From Mobula hypostoma (Eukaryota): a stretch of 64,000 nucleotides of DNA. Of the stretch, positions 1 through 11,879 are shown piece after piece. The notes under the pieces are model-generated. The model searched no databases. It worked only from the letters and a program-made list of their open reading frames with translations, and was not told the DNA's origin. Location: positions 47,060,001-47,124,000 of the forward strand of contig NC_086097.1 of NCBI RefSeq assembly GCF_963921235.1. The letters are read 5' to 3'. The position numbers and the translations under genes were made by a program. Within the stretch, counting starts at the first letter, position 1. Every line of letters starts with the position of its first letter.

Positions 1-4
1 CAGT

Positions 5-500
5 CAGAAATCAGGTCTATTATTGTGAACTTTGTTTTGCAGCATCGGTTCAATGCAAAACATTAAAAATTACCATTAACTTACCAAAAGAAAGGAATAG
101 TGAGGTAGGGTAATGGGAAGAAAAGAAGGCATGCCCTGAACAGTGAGGGTCTTTAATGATACATTGCATCTTTTGAAGATATCCTCAATGGTGGGAGGAT
201 TGAGCTTATAAAGTGCTAAGTCTCAACCTTTTACAGCCTCTAGCTCTTGTATTGGAGCCCCCTATACAACGTGGTGATGCAATCAGTCAGAATTCTCCCT
301 ACTGTACATATGTAGAAATTTGATTGTCTTTGGTGACACACAAAATCTCAAACTCCGAAGGAAGTACAGCCATTGGCTTACCTCTTTGTGATTGCATCAG
401 TGTTTTGGGCCCAAAATAGGTTGCCTTGAAGCTGCTCACTCTTTCCACTGCTGACACTTCAACGGGGACTGGAATATGTTCTCCCAATGTTCCTTTCCTC
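5..500 (-). mobile_element. Rex/Babar-like LINE 3' remnant, degenerate
   Basis: Similar to the other Rex-like copies in the window (54497-55846, 61935-63140); ORF 299..487 carries a remnant 'VERVSSFK' motif. Confidence 0.55.
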
Positions 501-502
501 TA

Positions 503-3303
503 GTTGGATTCTGGAATGGTTCTGGAGGACTGGAAAATTGCAAATGTCACACTACTCTTCAAGAAGGAGGGTAGGCAGAAGAAAGGAAATTATAGGATAG
601 TTACGCTGATTTCAGTGGTTAGGAAGATATTGGAGTCCATTATTAAGGATGAAGTTTTGGGGTACTTGAAGGTGCATAATAAAGTAGGCCAAAGGCAAAT
701 CTTGCCTGACGAATCTGTTGGAAATTTTTGAGGAAAATGAGGTTGCTTAACAAGATAAGAACCCATGGTATTACAGGAAAAATACTAGCATGGATAGATG
801 ATTGGCTGACTGGCAGGAAACAAAGAGTGGGAGTAAAGGGGCCTAATCTGGTTGTCTGTAAGTGACTATTGGTATTTAGCAGGGCTCAGTATTGGGACCA
901 CTTTTCACATTACATATCAAATACTTAGATGAAGTAATTGATGTCTTTGTGGCTAAGTTTGCGAACAATGTGAAGATAAATGGACGGGCAAGTAGTGTTG
1001 AAGGAGCAGGGAGTCTGCAGAAGGGCTTGGACAAGTTGGAAGAGTGGGCAAAGAAGTGGCAGATGGAACATAGTATAGGAAAGTGTATGGCCATGCACTT
1101 GGGTAGGAGGAATACAGGTGTAGACTATTTTGTGAATGGGGAGAAAATTCAAAAATCAAAGGTGCAAAGAGACTTGAGAGGCTTTGTGTAGATTCCCTTT
1201 CTTTTCTTTTTAAATCTTTTTATTGAATAAGTATACAAAAAGGTAAGCCATATAAACATTAATACAATGTTAAAATATAATAAAATTACAGAAGGTATCA
1301 ATACCAAAAAAGAATACTACAAACAATGTAATTTAAACATAAGAAACCAAGATAACATAATAGTATACTAAATTTTATATATATATCAATAGAAAAAAAG
1401 AAAAAAAAACCCAAAAAAAACCCCACCGTGCAACTAACTAAAAGCAAAGCAAAGCAATGGGCTAACTTGAAACCAAACAGAGTTAAACTTAAAATCACGT
1501 CCTCAATCCTGACCTCCATTAAAAACAGTGAAAAAAAACAAGAAGGGTATGTATTACATTAAATGAAAGTATCGAATAAAAGATCCCCAAATCTGTTCAA
1601 ATTTAAATGAAGAATCATAAAGGTTACTTCTAATTTTCTCCAGATTCAAACATAATATCGTCTGAGAGAACCAAAAAAAGGTAGTTGGAGCATTAAGCTC
1701 TTTCCAATGTTGTAAAATACATCTTTTCGCCATTAAAGTAAGAAATGCAATCATTCTACGGGCTGAAGGAGAAAGATTACTAGAAATTTTAGGTAGTCCA
1801 AAGATAGCAGTAATAGGGTGAGGAGAGATATCTATATTTAATACCTTAGAAATAATATTAAAAATGTCTCTCCAAAAAGTTTCCAAAGTAGGGCAAGACC
1901 AAAACATATGAGTTAAAGAGGCTATCTGCCCCGAACATCTATCACAAAAAGGATTACTATGCAAGTAAAAACGCGCTAACTTATCTTTGGACATATGTGC
2001 TCTATGAACAACTTTAAATTGAATTAGGGAATGTTTAGCACAAATAGAGGAAGTATTAACTAATTGTAAAATCTGCCCCCAATCATCCCCAGAAATGGTA
2101 AGCCCCAATTCCTGTTCCCAATCTACCCTAATCTTATCAAATGGAGCTTTCCTAAGTTTCATAATAATATTATAAATCATAGCCGATGCACCTTTCTGAC
2201 ATGGATTAAGGTTAATTATCGAATCTAAAATATATGTAGGAGGAAGCATTGGAAAGGAAGAAAGTATAGTACTTAGGAAATTTCTAACTTGTAAATATCT
2301 AAACAAATGTATTCTTGATAAGTTATATTTATTAGATAATTGTTCAAAAGACATAAGGGAACCATCTAAAAATAAATCCAAAAACCGTAAAATACCCTTA
2401 GTCTTCCAAGTTTGAAAAGCGCGATCCGTAAAAGAGGGAGGAAAAAATATGTTACCTAAAATAGGAATCGCTAACCCGAATTGATTAAGATCAAAAAATT
2501 TTCTGAATTGAAACCAAATACGCAAAGCATATTTAACTATCGGGTTAGACACCTGCTTAAGGCGTTTCGAATCAAAAGGGAGAGAGGAACCTAAAATAGA
2601 GCCAAGTGTATAGCCCTGAACAGATTGTAGTTCCAATGCGATTCCCTAAAGTTTAACTTGCAAGGAAATGCTATGTTAGCATTCATTTTGAGAGGACTGG
2701 AAGATAAGAGCAAGGATTTGATACAAGGCTTTATAAGGCGTTGGTCAAACTGCATTTGGAGTATTTGAGCAATTTTGGGCCCCTTATCTAAGAAGTCTGT
2801 CATTGGAGAGAGTCCATACAAGGTTCACAAGAATGATCCCAGGAATGAAAGGGTTTATATATGAGGTGTGTTTGATAGTTTTGAGGTTGTATTTGCTGGA
2901 ATTTAGAAGAATGAGGGTGGATCTCAGTGAAACCTATCAAATATTGAAAGTCCTGGTTAGAGTGGATGTAGAGAGAATGTTTCCTATAACGGGCGAGTCT
3001 AAGACCAGAGGACACAGCCTCTGAATAGAGGGACGTAGGTTTAGAATAGAGATGAGGAATTTCTTTAGCCCAAGAGTGCTGAATCTGTGGAGTTCATTGC
3101 CACAGATGGCTATGGTGACCAAGTCATTGAGTATATTTGAAGTGGAAGTTGAAAGGTTCTTGGTTAGTCAAGGTGTGAAAGGTTACAGTGAGAAGGCAGG
3201 AGAATAGGATTGAGAGGGTTAATAAATGAGCCATTATTGAATGGTGGAGCAGACTTGATGGGTTAAGTGGCTTTATTCTGCTCCTCTTATCGTCCTATGG
3301 TCT
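503..3303 (+). mobile_element. CR1 LINE (RT to 3' end), degenerate, split by an L1 insertion at 1199-2639
   Basis: ORF fragments DWKIANVTLLFKK, KFANNVK (degenerate FADD) and EWAKKWQME; the CR1 sequence resumes directly after the TSD at 2640. Confidence 0.88.
1199..2639 (-). mobile_element. L1-clade LINE, 5'-truncated, with an open ORF2 C-terminal 360 aa
   Basis: ORF 1554..2636 has a CDRC..HMFWSC zinc knuckle; the minus strand has AATAAA followed by an A-rich (AAAAG)n tail; 8-bp TSD GATTCCCT at 1191-1198 and 2640-2647. Confidence 0.88.
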
Positions 3304-3328
3304 AATTTTTCTTTGATCTTGCTGACAT

Positions 3329-4102
3329 TGAACATAGAAATCTACAGCACATTGCAGGCCCTTCTGCCCACAATGTTGTGTCGACCATGTAATCTACTCT
3401 AGAAACTGCATAGAATTTACCTAGTGCATAGCCCTCTATTTTTCTAAGCTCCATGTATCTATCTAAGATGCTCTTAAAAGACCCTATTGTATCCGCCTCT
3501 ATCACTGGCAGTGCATTCCACACACCCACCACTCTCTGTGTTTAAAAAAAAATTGCCTCTGACACCCCCTTGATAACTATTTCTAAGCACCATAAAACTA
3601 CGCCCCTTATGTTAGCCATTTCAGCCCTGGAAGAAAGCCTCTGACTATCCACATGATCAATGCCTCTCATCGTCTTATGCACCTCTATCAGGTTACCTCT
3701 CATCCTGCATCGCTCCAAGGAGAAAAGGCCAAGTTTCCAACCTATTCTCATAAGGTTCGCCCTTCAATCCAGGCAACATCCTTGTAAATCTCCCCTGCAC
3801 CCTCTATAGTATCCACATCCTTCCTGTAATGAGGTGACCAAAACTGAACACAGTACTCAAAGTGTGGTCTGACCAAGGTCTTGTATAGCTGTAACATTAC
3901 CTCATGGCTCTTGAACTCAATCCCACGGTTGATGAATGCCAACATACCATATACCTTCTTAACAACATTGTCAACCTGCGTAGCAGCTTTGAGTGTCCTA
4001 TGGACACGGATCCCAAGATTTCTCAGATCCTCCACACTACCAAGAGTCTTACCATTAATATTATACTCTGTCTTCAGATATGACCTACTAAAATGAACCA
4101 CT
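3329..4102 (-). mobile_element. CR1 LINE 3' fragment
   Basis: ORFs with LYKTLVRPHFEYCVQFWSP and GLFSLERCRMRG; TTCTATG-type tail. Confidence 0.88.
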
Positions 4103-4104
4103 TA

Positions 4105-4915
4105 ACCTACCAAAAAGAAAAACATTGAGTGCAGTGTTGTTTGAACACCACTTAAGCAGCCATTCTCTCTCACTCCTGTATACCTCCGTCACCATGTGAG
4201 GTTCTGTTGTCAACAGTGATTTCATCAGCGAATTTATAGACAGTGTGTAAGCTATGCCAGGCCAAGCAGTCAAGAGGGACAGAGTAGAACAGTGTGTTAA
4301 GTACACATCTTTGAGGTGTGACTGTGTTGATAGTCGGTGATTAGGAGATACTAATATGGATCTGCGCTGACTGTGGTCTCCGACTGGAAAAAGCCAAGGA
4401 TCCAGTAGTAGGTGGAGGTACAGAGACCCAGGTTTTGAAGCTTGACTAATACCGAGGAGTTTATGGTGTTAAATGCCAAGCTGTAGTCGATAAAAGCAAT
4501 TTGATGTATATATTGCTTTTGTTCAGGTGCTCCAAAACTAATAGAGATTATGTCCGCTGTAGACCTATCGTGGCAAAATGCAGCAGTCCAGGTCCTTTAG
4601 GAAAAAGTTAGTTCTAGCAATGACCAACCTCTTAAAACACTTCAGCGGATATGAGTATGGCTGGGTGATTTATATTGAGACGTCTTACCCTGCTCTTGAG
4701 CACTGGTATGATTGAAGCAGATGGGAACCTCTGACCTCAGCAGTGAGAGGTTGAAAATGTCGCTCAGTGCTTCAGCCAGTTGATCAGGACAGGTTTTCAG
4801 TACCTGCCAAGTACATTGCCAGGGCCTGACACCTTGAAGGGTTCCACTTCGTGAAGGATGTTCTGATGCCAGCTCTGAGATAGATATCATAGGATCATTG
4901 GGTGCTATGGAGGCA
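4105..4915 (-). mobile_element. Rex/Babar-like LINE RT fragments
   Basis: VLKTCPDQLAEALSDIFNLSL in ORF 4642..4962 and KWCSNN in ORF 4088..4306. Confidence 0.7.
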
Positions 4916-5339
4916 ATCAAAGTTCCAGTCTTTATGAAACCACAAAATATACAAAGTTGCACATTCCGATTGCACAGTGACTCAAAACTAGTTTTGTAAT
5001 TTTTTTGTCTGTAAAATTTGGTACAGTGGTGCCATCATTTTTTTTTCGGGAGATTTCATCCCAAACTGCTGCATTTACCTTGTCTCAGTCGGTTTCCACA
5101 TCAATAAAACATCAAGCTCTTTAGTGAGTTAAGTAGGGTTGAGGAGGGAGATTTGGACACACACTTATAGGAGTTGTTATAACAAAGTTGAGTTTCTGTC
5201 TCTGTAGCTTCAGAGGTGATGAATGATCCATGCATATCATGGTACAGTTTTAAAATAAAGTTAACCAGGAATGTTAAATTAAGGATTAAAAGTGCTCCAG
5301 TAAAATATGCTATCTAAACCACATTTTTCTTTCTTTCAG

Positions 5340-5388
5340 CTTTTCAGGGAAGTAAGAATAATGAAATGTTTGAATCATCCAAATATAG
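5340..5388 (+). CDS. MARK3: MARK3 exon, 49 bp (LFREVRIMKCLNHPNI; alphaC helix region)
   Basis: Acceptor ttttctttctttcag| and donor G|gtaagt; phase 0 to 1; missed by the ORF track. Confidence 0.93.
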
Positions 5389-6197
5389 GTAAGTGAATTC
5401 TACATAATTTTAAGGAACAAATTTAACAAAGAATACTTTTCTCCTGTCAAAATTTTTAGTGAAAGTGCTAGGCTAATGTGTCATACCTTAACTCTGAACT
5501 GCTGTGTCATGTGCTAATGGTAATACACAGAAATTCCCTCCGTGTTTGAGTTAGAATTCTTTGCTAGGTGCCTGGCTGCTAAAGTGTCATTCTACTTGCC
5601 TGTAGCAAGAGTTTTTTTTAAAAGATGAGCCATAACTTTACTTGGATCCATTGACTGGTACACTGTCTATTTGATTTAACAGCAACTTCATTATTTAAGT
5701 TATTTTTAGGATACCAGCCTTCCCCCATCTTACATCTTTAATCTTAAACTCAAATCTCCACTCTTATCCTGCATTAAGTATGGTTGAAGATCACTCACAC
5801 TGATTTCTACTGGCTATCTGGCCTCTAATCATTAAAATGTAAAATGAGGTAAGATATGCTGCATGAGCTATGAAAGTGCAGAATTAGTGCTAGCTACATT
5901 TTGCTGCTCTTGGCCGTCCTATTATTATTAAGAATTTACTGGATTTGTCCACTGAGTGTGTTGTACAGCTATCAGTTTGGTGAATAAAAACTGATGATTG
6001 TTAAGCTTCTGACAAGCAACCTCTCTGGTCTTTCAGTTATGCAGTTAAAATGGTGAAATCTCTTCCCAACTTCCTGTTAAGATATAAAGATACATTATTT
6101 CTTCTTCCTGTCTTTTTTTAATCCAATCTTTTTATTTTGATTTCTGAAGCTAGGTTGACACTTAATTTATAATTGGTCATTACTTGATTAAAAATAA

Positions 6198-7193
6198 CAC
6201 TGGACAACAAATTTTTTCAGAAGTGTTGCTTCCTCAGGATTTTTTTTGTTTATGATAGACTGCTTGAAGATGAACACAAATATAATTTCAGACTACTTGT
6301 ATCACATAGGAATTTGGAGAAACAACAAATTAACTTTTATTGAATATAATGTATTTAATTGCATAATGGTGCTGATGCTTTGCAATAGTTCAACTAAGTT
6401 AAAAATATTTTGTTAATGATTTTCATTTGTACTCGGTGTCTGAGGCTTCTCGCTTAAGTGTCCAACAATAATTCGCCAGCACTGATGGATTCCAATTGCC
6501 CTGGTATCTTTTCTCCATGACTGCAATGTCCTGGTGAAACCTTTCACTATGCTCATCAATAACAGCACCAAGATTTGCAGGGATGAAGTCTAAATGGGAA
6601 CGCAGAAAATGAATCTTCAGTGACATGTTGCATTTCATGGTTTTATGCGCTTGAAGCTTGCTTTCAACCAGCTGCGTGTAGTTTGGTGCTCTGTAGATGC
6701 CGAGAAAAAATTCAACAACCTCCTTGAATGTCTTCCATGTGATTGCTACGATCCTACCAGAAATTCTTCAAATAGCCTGTCATTGATGACCTGTTTGATT
6801 TGTGGACCAACAAAAATGCTTTCTTTAATCTTGGCATCGGTTATTCTGGGAAGCATCTGTCTTAAATATCAAAATCCTTCATAGAAACGTTTGTGCCTGG
6901 TGATAGCAAATTCCATCCTTACACTCCTGAACCCAATAATTATTACTAAAACCTGTCCTGCCATGCAGCAGCCACGCTGCCCAAGCATGCCTGGACAAGA
7001 TAGGAAACTTTCCAGCTTACATTGTAGGCAACAGTTTAATTGACTTGAATTATGAATTGAAATAATAAACATAAGTTTATTTAAAAAATGGTGCATGATA
7101 GCGAAATTTCATGGTGATTTTCATGATCGGTAGCCCAAAATTCATAAGATGCACCTAAAGGTATTCAGGAAGCAAAATCTTTGTTGTCCTGTG
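6198..7193 (-). mobile_element. Chapaev3-like (CMC superfamily) DNA transposon, internally deleted
   Basis: TIRs CACTGGACAACAAA (6198) and TTTGTTGTCCTGTG (ends 7193); 3-bp TSD TAA on both sides; transposase C-terminus MSLKIHFLRSHLDF..NLGAV.DEHSERFHQDI..MEKRYQG.W. Confidence 0.8.
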
Positions 7194-9011
7194 TAATGAA
7201 ATCTCTGGTTTATGGATTCATTGTCATTGAGTCTTTGAAGCATACTGCTGTCAATTTGTACTTCCTGTAAAGGGCATAAAAGAATTTTGTGGTGAAGCTA
7301 GTGAGATGCCCTGTCCTAGCAGGATCTGCATCGTATATCTTTTACAAGTGGCACATGTCTTACATTTGTCAGTCCTCTGACTGTGACCTTGGGGTTCATT
7401 CAGCTTGTTTCTCAACCATCAGTGCTCAGAGCAGCTCCAGTAACATTGACTATTATTCTGCGTCTGCCTGTTAAGCTGCATTAAAAGCAGATAATGGGTT
7501 ATGGGACAAGAACATGATGGAAATATTGAACTTACAAGAATTTTGTTTGCTTTGTTTCTGTATGATTTGAAATAAGAACAAGGGTACTGAACTTTTCATA
7601 TGTTACCCATGGCAGCTGCACTCAGTTTTTAAATTGTCACATTATTGGAAATGAATATGGTCTTACAAAAATACAACACAAACTGCTTTAATGACCAGTC
7701 ATCAAGATCAACTTCATTTTACAAAATGATCCATGTACATTGCAATAGTATTAACATTTCTTTGTGTTTGGGCATAAATTTTCAATAAGCCAAGAAAGAA
7801 GTTCAGTCCATTTATACATATCTCTTATTCCTTTCCCAACTAGGTTACAAAAATAATCAATTTTTTTAAAAAAATGAAAGTGGTGTTTTAACGTTGATAG
7901 TTTCCTACTTCTTTCCCATGCTGGAAATTTGAAGCAGTGCTGGAAGTAGCATCTTTGGAAAATGAAGTGGTGAATGTTTCAAATGATCAGAACTTCTCAA
8001 CCTTTGTTCTTTGATCAGTATGCCAGTAGGTACAGGCCACTGCCTTAGGTACCTTGTGAGCATAAAATACTAAATAATTGCTCCCCAAAATACTTTGATC
8101 TTTAGCTAAAAAAAATACTGTAGTTTTTGTTACCTGGTGTAGATTTTATCTTTGTGTCACATAGGTTGCATTAATTGTGATGTTTCTTCTACAGGTCCAA
8201 TAAATTGTTCAAAAAGTGCAGCACCCACCAAATAATTGTCAGATTTTTTTTAATATGCAAGCTATAAAATAGGGTTTTTAATACCTATGATATCTGAGCA
8301 GATAAGCACCCATTAGTTGCATATTGTTAATGGGAATAGTCAGATGTGGACACTGCTAAATCTCAGTAAAATTGCTATAGTGAGTAATATACTAATTCTT
8401 TATTATTTAAGTAGGTATCAACCAATTCTCTACAACAGAAATTAAATGGAGCAGATGATTCAAAATTGTTATTAAACTCAATGCAATTCATGTAACCATA
8501 TAACTGAGTGTCTTTTTAATCATGTTGTTTTGTTTTACTGCCTCTGTGTAAACCACAACTTACAATATTATCTCACATACAACCCAGCACTTATCTCCAG
8601 TAAGGTGCTGTTGATCAAAATAGGAGTTGACTTCCGATATCAAATGCAGTCAGTAGTGTTCAGATATGAATGTGAATTTTGTACAGGCACACTGATTCCA
8701 GTTTCTGGTAATTTAAACACTTGTGATATTAGGGCATCACCCAACATTTCTTTTTGTGTTCAAGGATGACAATTATAAGCTCCACTTCTAAATTGATGTT
8801 TGGCCATAAGTACGATGGCTTACCAAATATTGTAAATTACTCTCCTGAAATTGGCGTGAACCTCTTTCTGTTGTCTTAGTTGTAAGATGATTTACAAACA
8901 AGAATAATTTTATATTCAACACTGAAGAATTATAGAAAACCACAATGGCAGGTTTCACTCAAAAACAAAACAATTAAGTTGCATTTCCCCCAGAAAAATA
9001 TAAAAATATAC

Positions 9012-9335
9012 AAGCAACACACACAAAATGCTGGAGGAGCTCAGCAGGCCAGACAGCATCTATAGAAAAGAGTGCAGTCAACGTTTTGGGCCAAGACCCA
9101 GCTCTTTTACTTCATCCCTTCCCCACTCCTGGTTTCACCTATCTATCACCTTGTTTCTTCCTCCCCTCCCCCCACCTTCTTATCCTGACCCCTCATCTTT
9201 TTTTCTCCAGTCCTGATAGAGAGTTTCGGCTTGAAATATTGACTGTACTCTTTTCCATCGATTCTGCCCGGCCTGTTGAGTTCCTCCAGCATTTTCTGTA
9301 TGTTGCTTGGGTTTCCAGCATCTGTCTTGTTTGTG
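9012..9335. mobile_element. Penelope-like element terminal remnant with inverted partial pLTR
   Basis: 9012-9098 is the reverse complement of about 9221-9308; same terminal sequence as the GIY-YIG-bearing copy ending at 32692; decayed hammerhead core near 9208-9245. Confidence 0.7.
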
Positions 9336-9468
9336 ATGAAAATGACAACACACCTTTACCCAGAGCCCGTAACACAGTTTTCTGAGGATGTTAATCAAAA
9401 CCCTTGATGCCTTTGTGTATTGATACAGGCTGAATTGAAGTCTATCCTATGTAAAACTGGGTCAAGTT

Positions 9469-9534
9469 AAATAAACAAACAAACAAACAAATAAATAAAT
9501 AAAGCGAGCAATCAAGCCAGCCAGCCAGCAAGCC
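9469..9534. repeat. Compound microsatellite (AAAC)n(AAAT)n..(AGCC)n
   Basis: Read directly from the sequence. Confidence 0.8.
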
Positions 9535-10364
9535 ACACTCTGTCAAAGGATTTAACCTACAAAAATTGCATGCAATCATGGAATTGCACTCAAAAACTTG
9601 GTCTCACTCCTGTAATTAGTTGACTCTTTTTGAAACCTATCTGTATATTTGAACCTATTGTGAATTAATTACCTTGATTTAAAAAGCTCAGAATAAAGCA
9701 GATAAGCAAAACTGCAATTAAAATATTGAAGTTAGCTGCTTCACTAAAGCATCCTTGAACTATTTTGACTCCTGGGAAATATACACCACAGTGCATTTTG
9801 CCATTAATACTAAAGGTTTGTTGTAGGAGCAGGCCTTATTTTCATTTAAACTTTTCTAAACATGCTGAGACTTGTGCATTGTTGAAGATGGAAACAATGT
9901 TATTACACTGTTTCAGGGAGTTCTGATCAGTAGTAATTGATTATAATATGGATGGTAGGCACTTGATTGTGTTAGATGTCTGGTGTGTGGTGTTAAGTTT
10001 GGTGTGATGGATATGGACATTTTTTGTTGAAGTTGTTCTTTACTGAGCTTCTTTTGTGGTGTATTTGTCATCATTTTTGACTCCAAATCTGAATGTTATT
10101 CAAATTCAATGATCAGAGTAAATCTTGTTAATACGAATGTTAACAAGTTCTACCTTGAGATTCTATTTTCTTGCAGGCATTTACTAGGAAAAAAGAAATA
10201 CACTAGAATTTCATGAACAACTATACATAACCAGACAAAGGCTGATGAAAACCAATGTGCAAAAGAAATAAATGGTGAAAATAAAAACTTGGTATATTCT
10301 TATGCACTCCAATGCTTAAAGGTTCAAGGGTCAAATTTAATGTCATAGAAATGTATACAATATA

Positions 10365-11701
10365 CAACCTATCCTCATTATATGCAGGGGATACGTTCCT
10401 CACAGTGGACGCATAATGTGAAATCGCATAATGTGAATAATTACCTAAATGGAGAAAATGGGGATGCGTTCCAGAGGGCTTCCTAAATATGTTTTATCTG
10501 TAATTTATTCACATTTTCATACCAATACGACACAAAAGCAGTACTACAAGACAATATTTTTATTATATTTCATCAAATTAAGGTAATATTCAATGTAATA
10601 AATCATAGAAAGTTAACATCCTAAGGGGTACAGTACTCAGCAACAGTGGCAGGTGTGTTTGCTCCGGGATATGAGTGGTGGTTGTGGTGTCGGGCAGCTT
10701 TACATAGATAAAGTGGATGGTTGTGGTCGTCAGGATCATATCAAGCACAGCAAGGGGTGAAGGAAGACTCACAGAGCTCTTAGAACTGCCAGCAGCAGGA
10801 GATGACACCGATTTGAAGAAAGTGGTGAGGGTTGTTTGCTTGGCAGCATTTTGTTTTTTAGCGTAAATTTGCTTGTAGGGAAGAAGGGTTGATGGCAGGG
10901 AACGACTGAAATGCTGACTCCATTCTAAACTTGGGTCCATGTCCATCGCCATTTGTGCCAAGTGTTCCAACTTCCACCATTCCCTCACTGTTGGTAAACC
11001 CGTGATTTTCAAAATCGTCTGTTGCTTGCAGCATCTGAGAGATAGTTTGCTGTAAAAAAAAAGTACGCCTTGAATGTGGATCACACATTGGTCGAGTGGT
11101 TGAATCAGCGATGTTGTGTTAGGCGGCGGGAAATGCACTGTTATGTTTGGATGAATGCTGTCCAAATGTTTAGGATGGGCTGGCGCATTGTCAAGCAACA
11201 AAAGAACTTTAAAGGCAAGATTCTATTCCCGGCAGTAGCGTCTCACAGCTGTGTTACCTTCAGCTGATGCCGCGCTGTTTATAATTTCCAACTTTTTTTC
11301 AAGTGTTAAAGCGGTTCTCTGCCACTCGGCTGACGGCCCAGGACATGGCATCGGACGCTTAGGAGGCATAGTTAAATATTTCAAGTGCAAAATCATTGCA
11401 CCGTAGGTAAAACCAACAAAAGTTTAAGGTCGCACATCTACACCTTGCCAAAACCAATGCGAGACTGGCGGGAGTGAGATTGTGAGGCGCGCGCACCTGA
11501 CTTGTATTGGCGGGAAAGTGGTGCTTCTCATCCCACAGTGAGACTGTGAGGCATGCGCGTGTGACTTGTATTGGCGGGAAAGCAGTGCTCCTCGCATAAC
11601 TGTGAGTTTTGGATGCATATAAGGAGACATTGGTAGAAATAGGTTCCTTGCATAACTGTGAATCTGCATTTTCTGAAGACGCAGATAACGAAGATAGGGT
11701 G
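10365..11701 (-). mobile_element. Tigger/pogo DNA transposon, internally deleted, inserted in a Rex-like 3' UTR
   Basis: Imperfect 21-bp TIRs (CAACCTATCCTCATTATATGC vs CACCCTATCTTCGTTATCTGC) and TA TSD; DDE remnant LLDNAPAHP..PPNTTSLIQPLDQ; N-terminal CENP-B-like RTALTLEKKLEII near 11280-11320. Confidence 0.85.
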
Positions 11702-11879
11702 TACACCCTGAAATGCTTTTTCTTTGCAATCATCCACGAAAACAGAGAAGTGCCCCCAAAGAATGAATGACAGTTAAACGTGAGAACCTCAAAGTCCCCC
11801 CACCCCCCAGCTCCCCTTTCCTGCGCATAAGCGGCAGCGAGCAATGATTCCCCCTCCCCCCACCAAAAAAAATTTAAGT

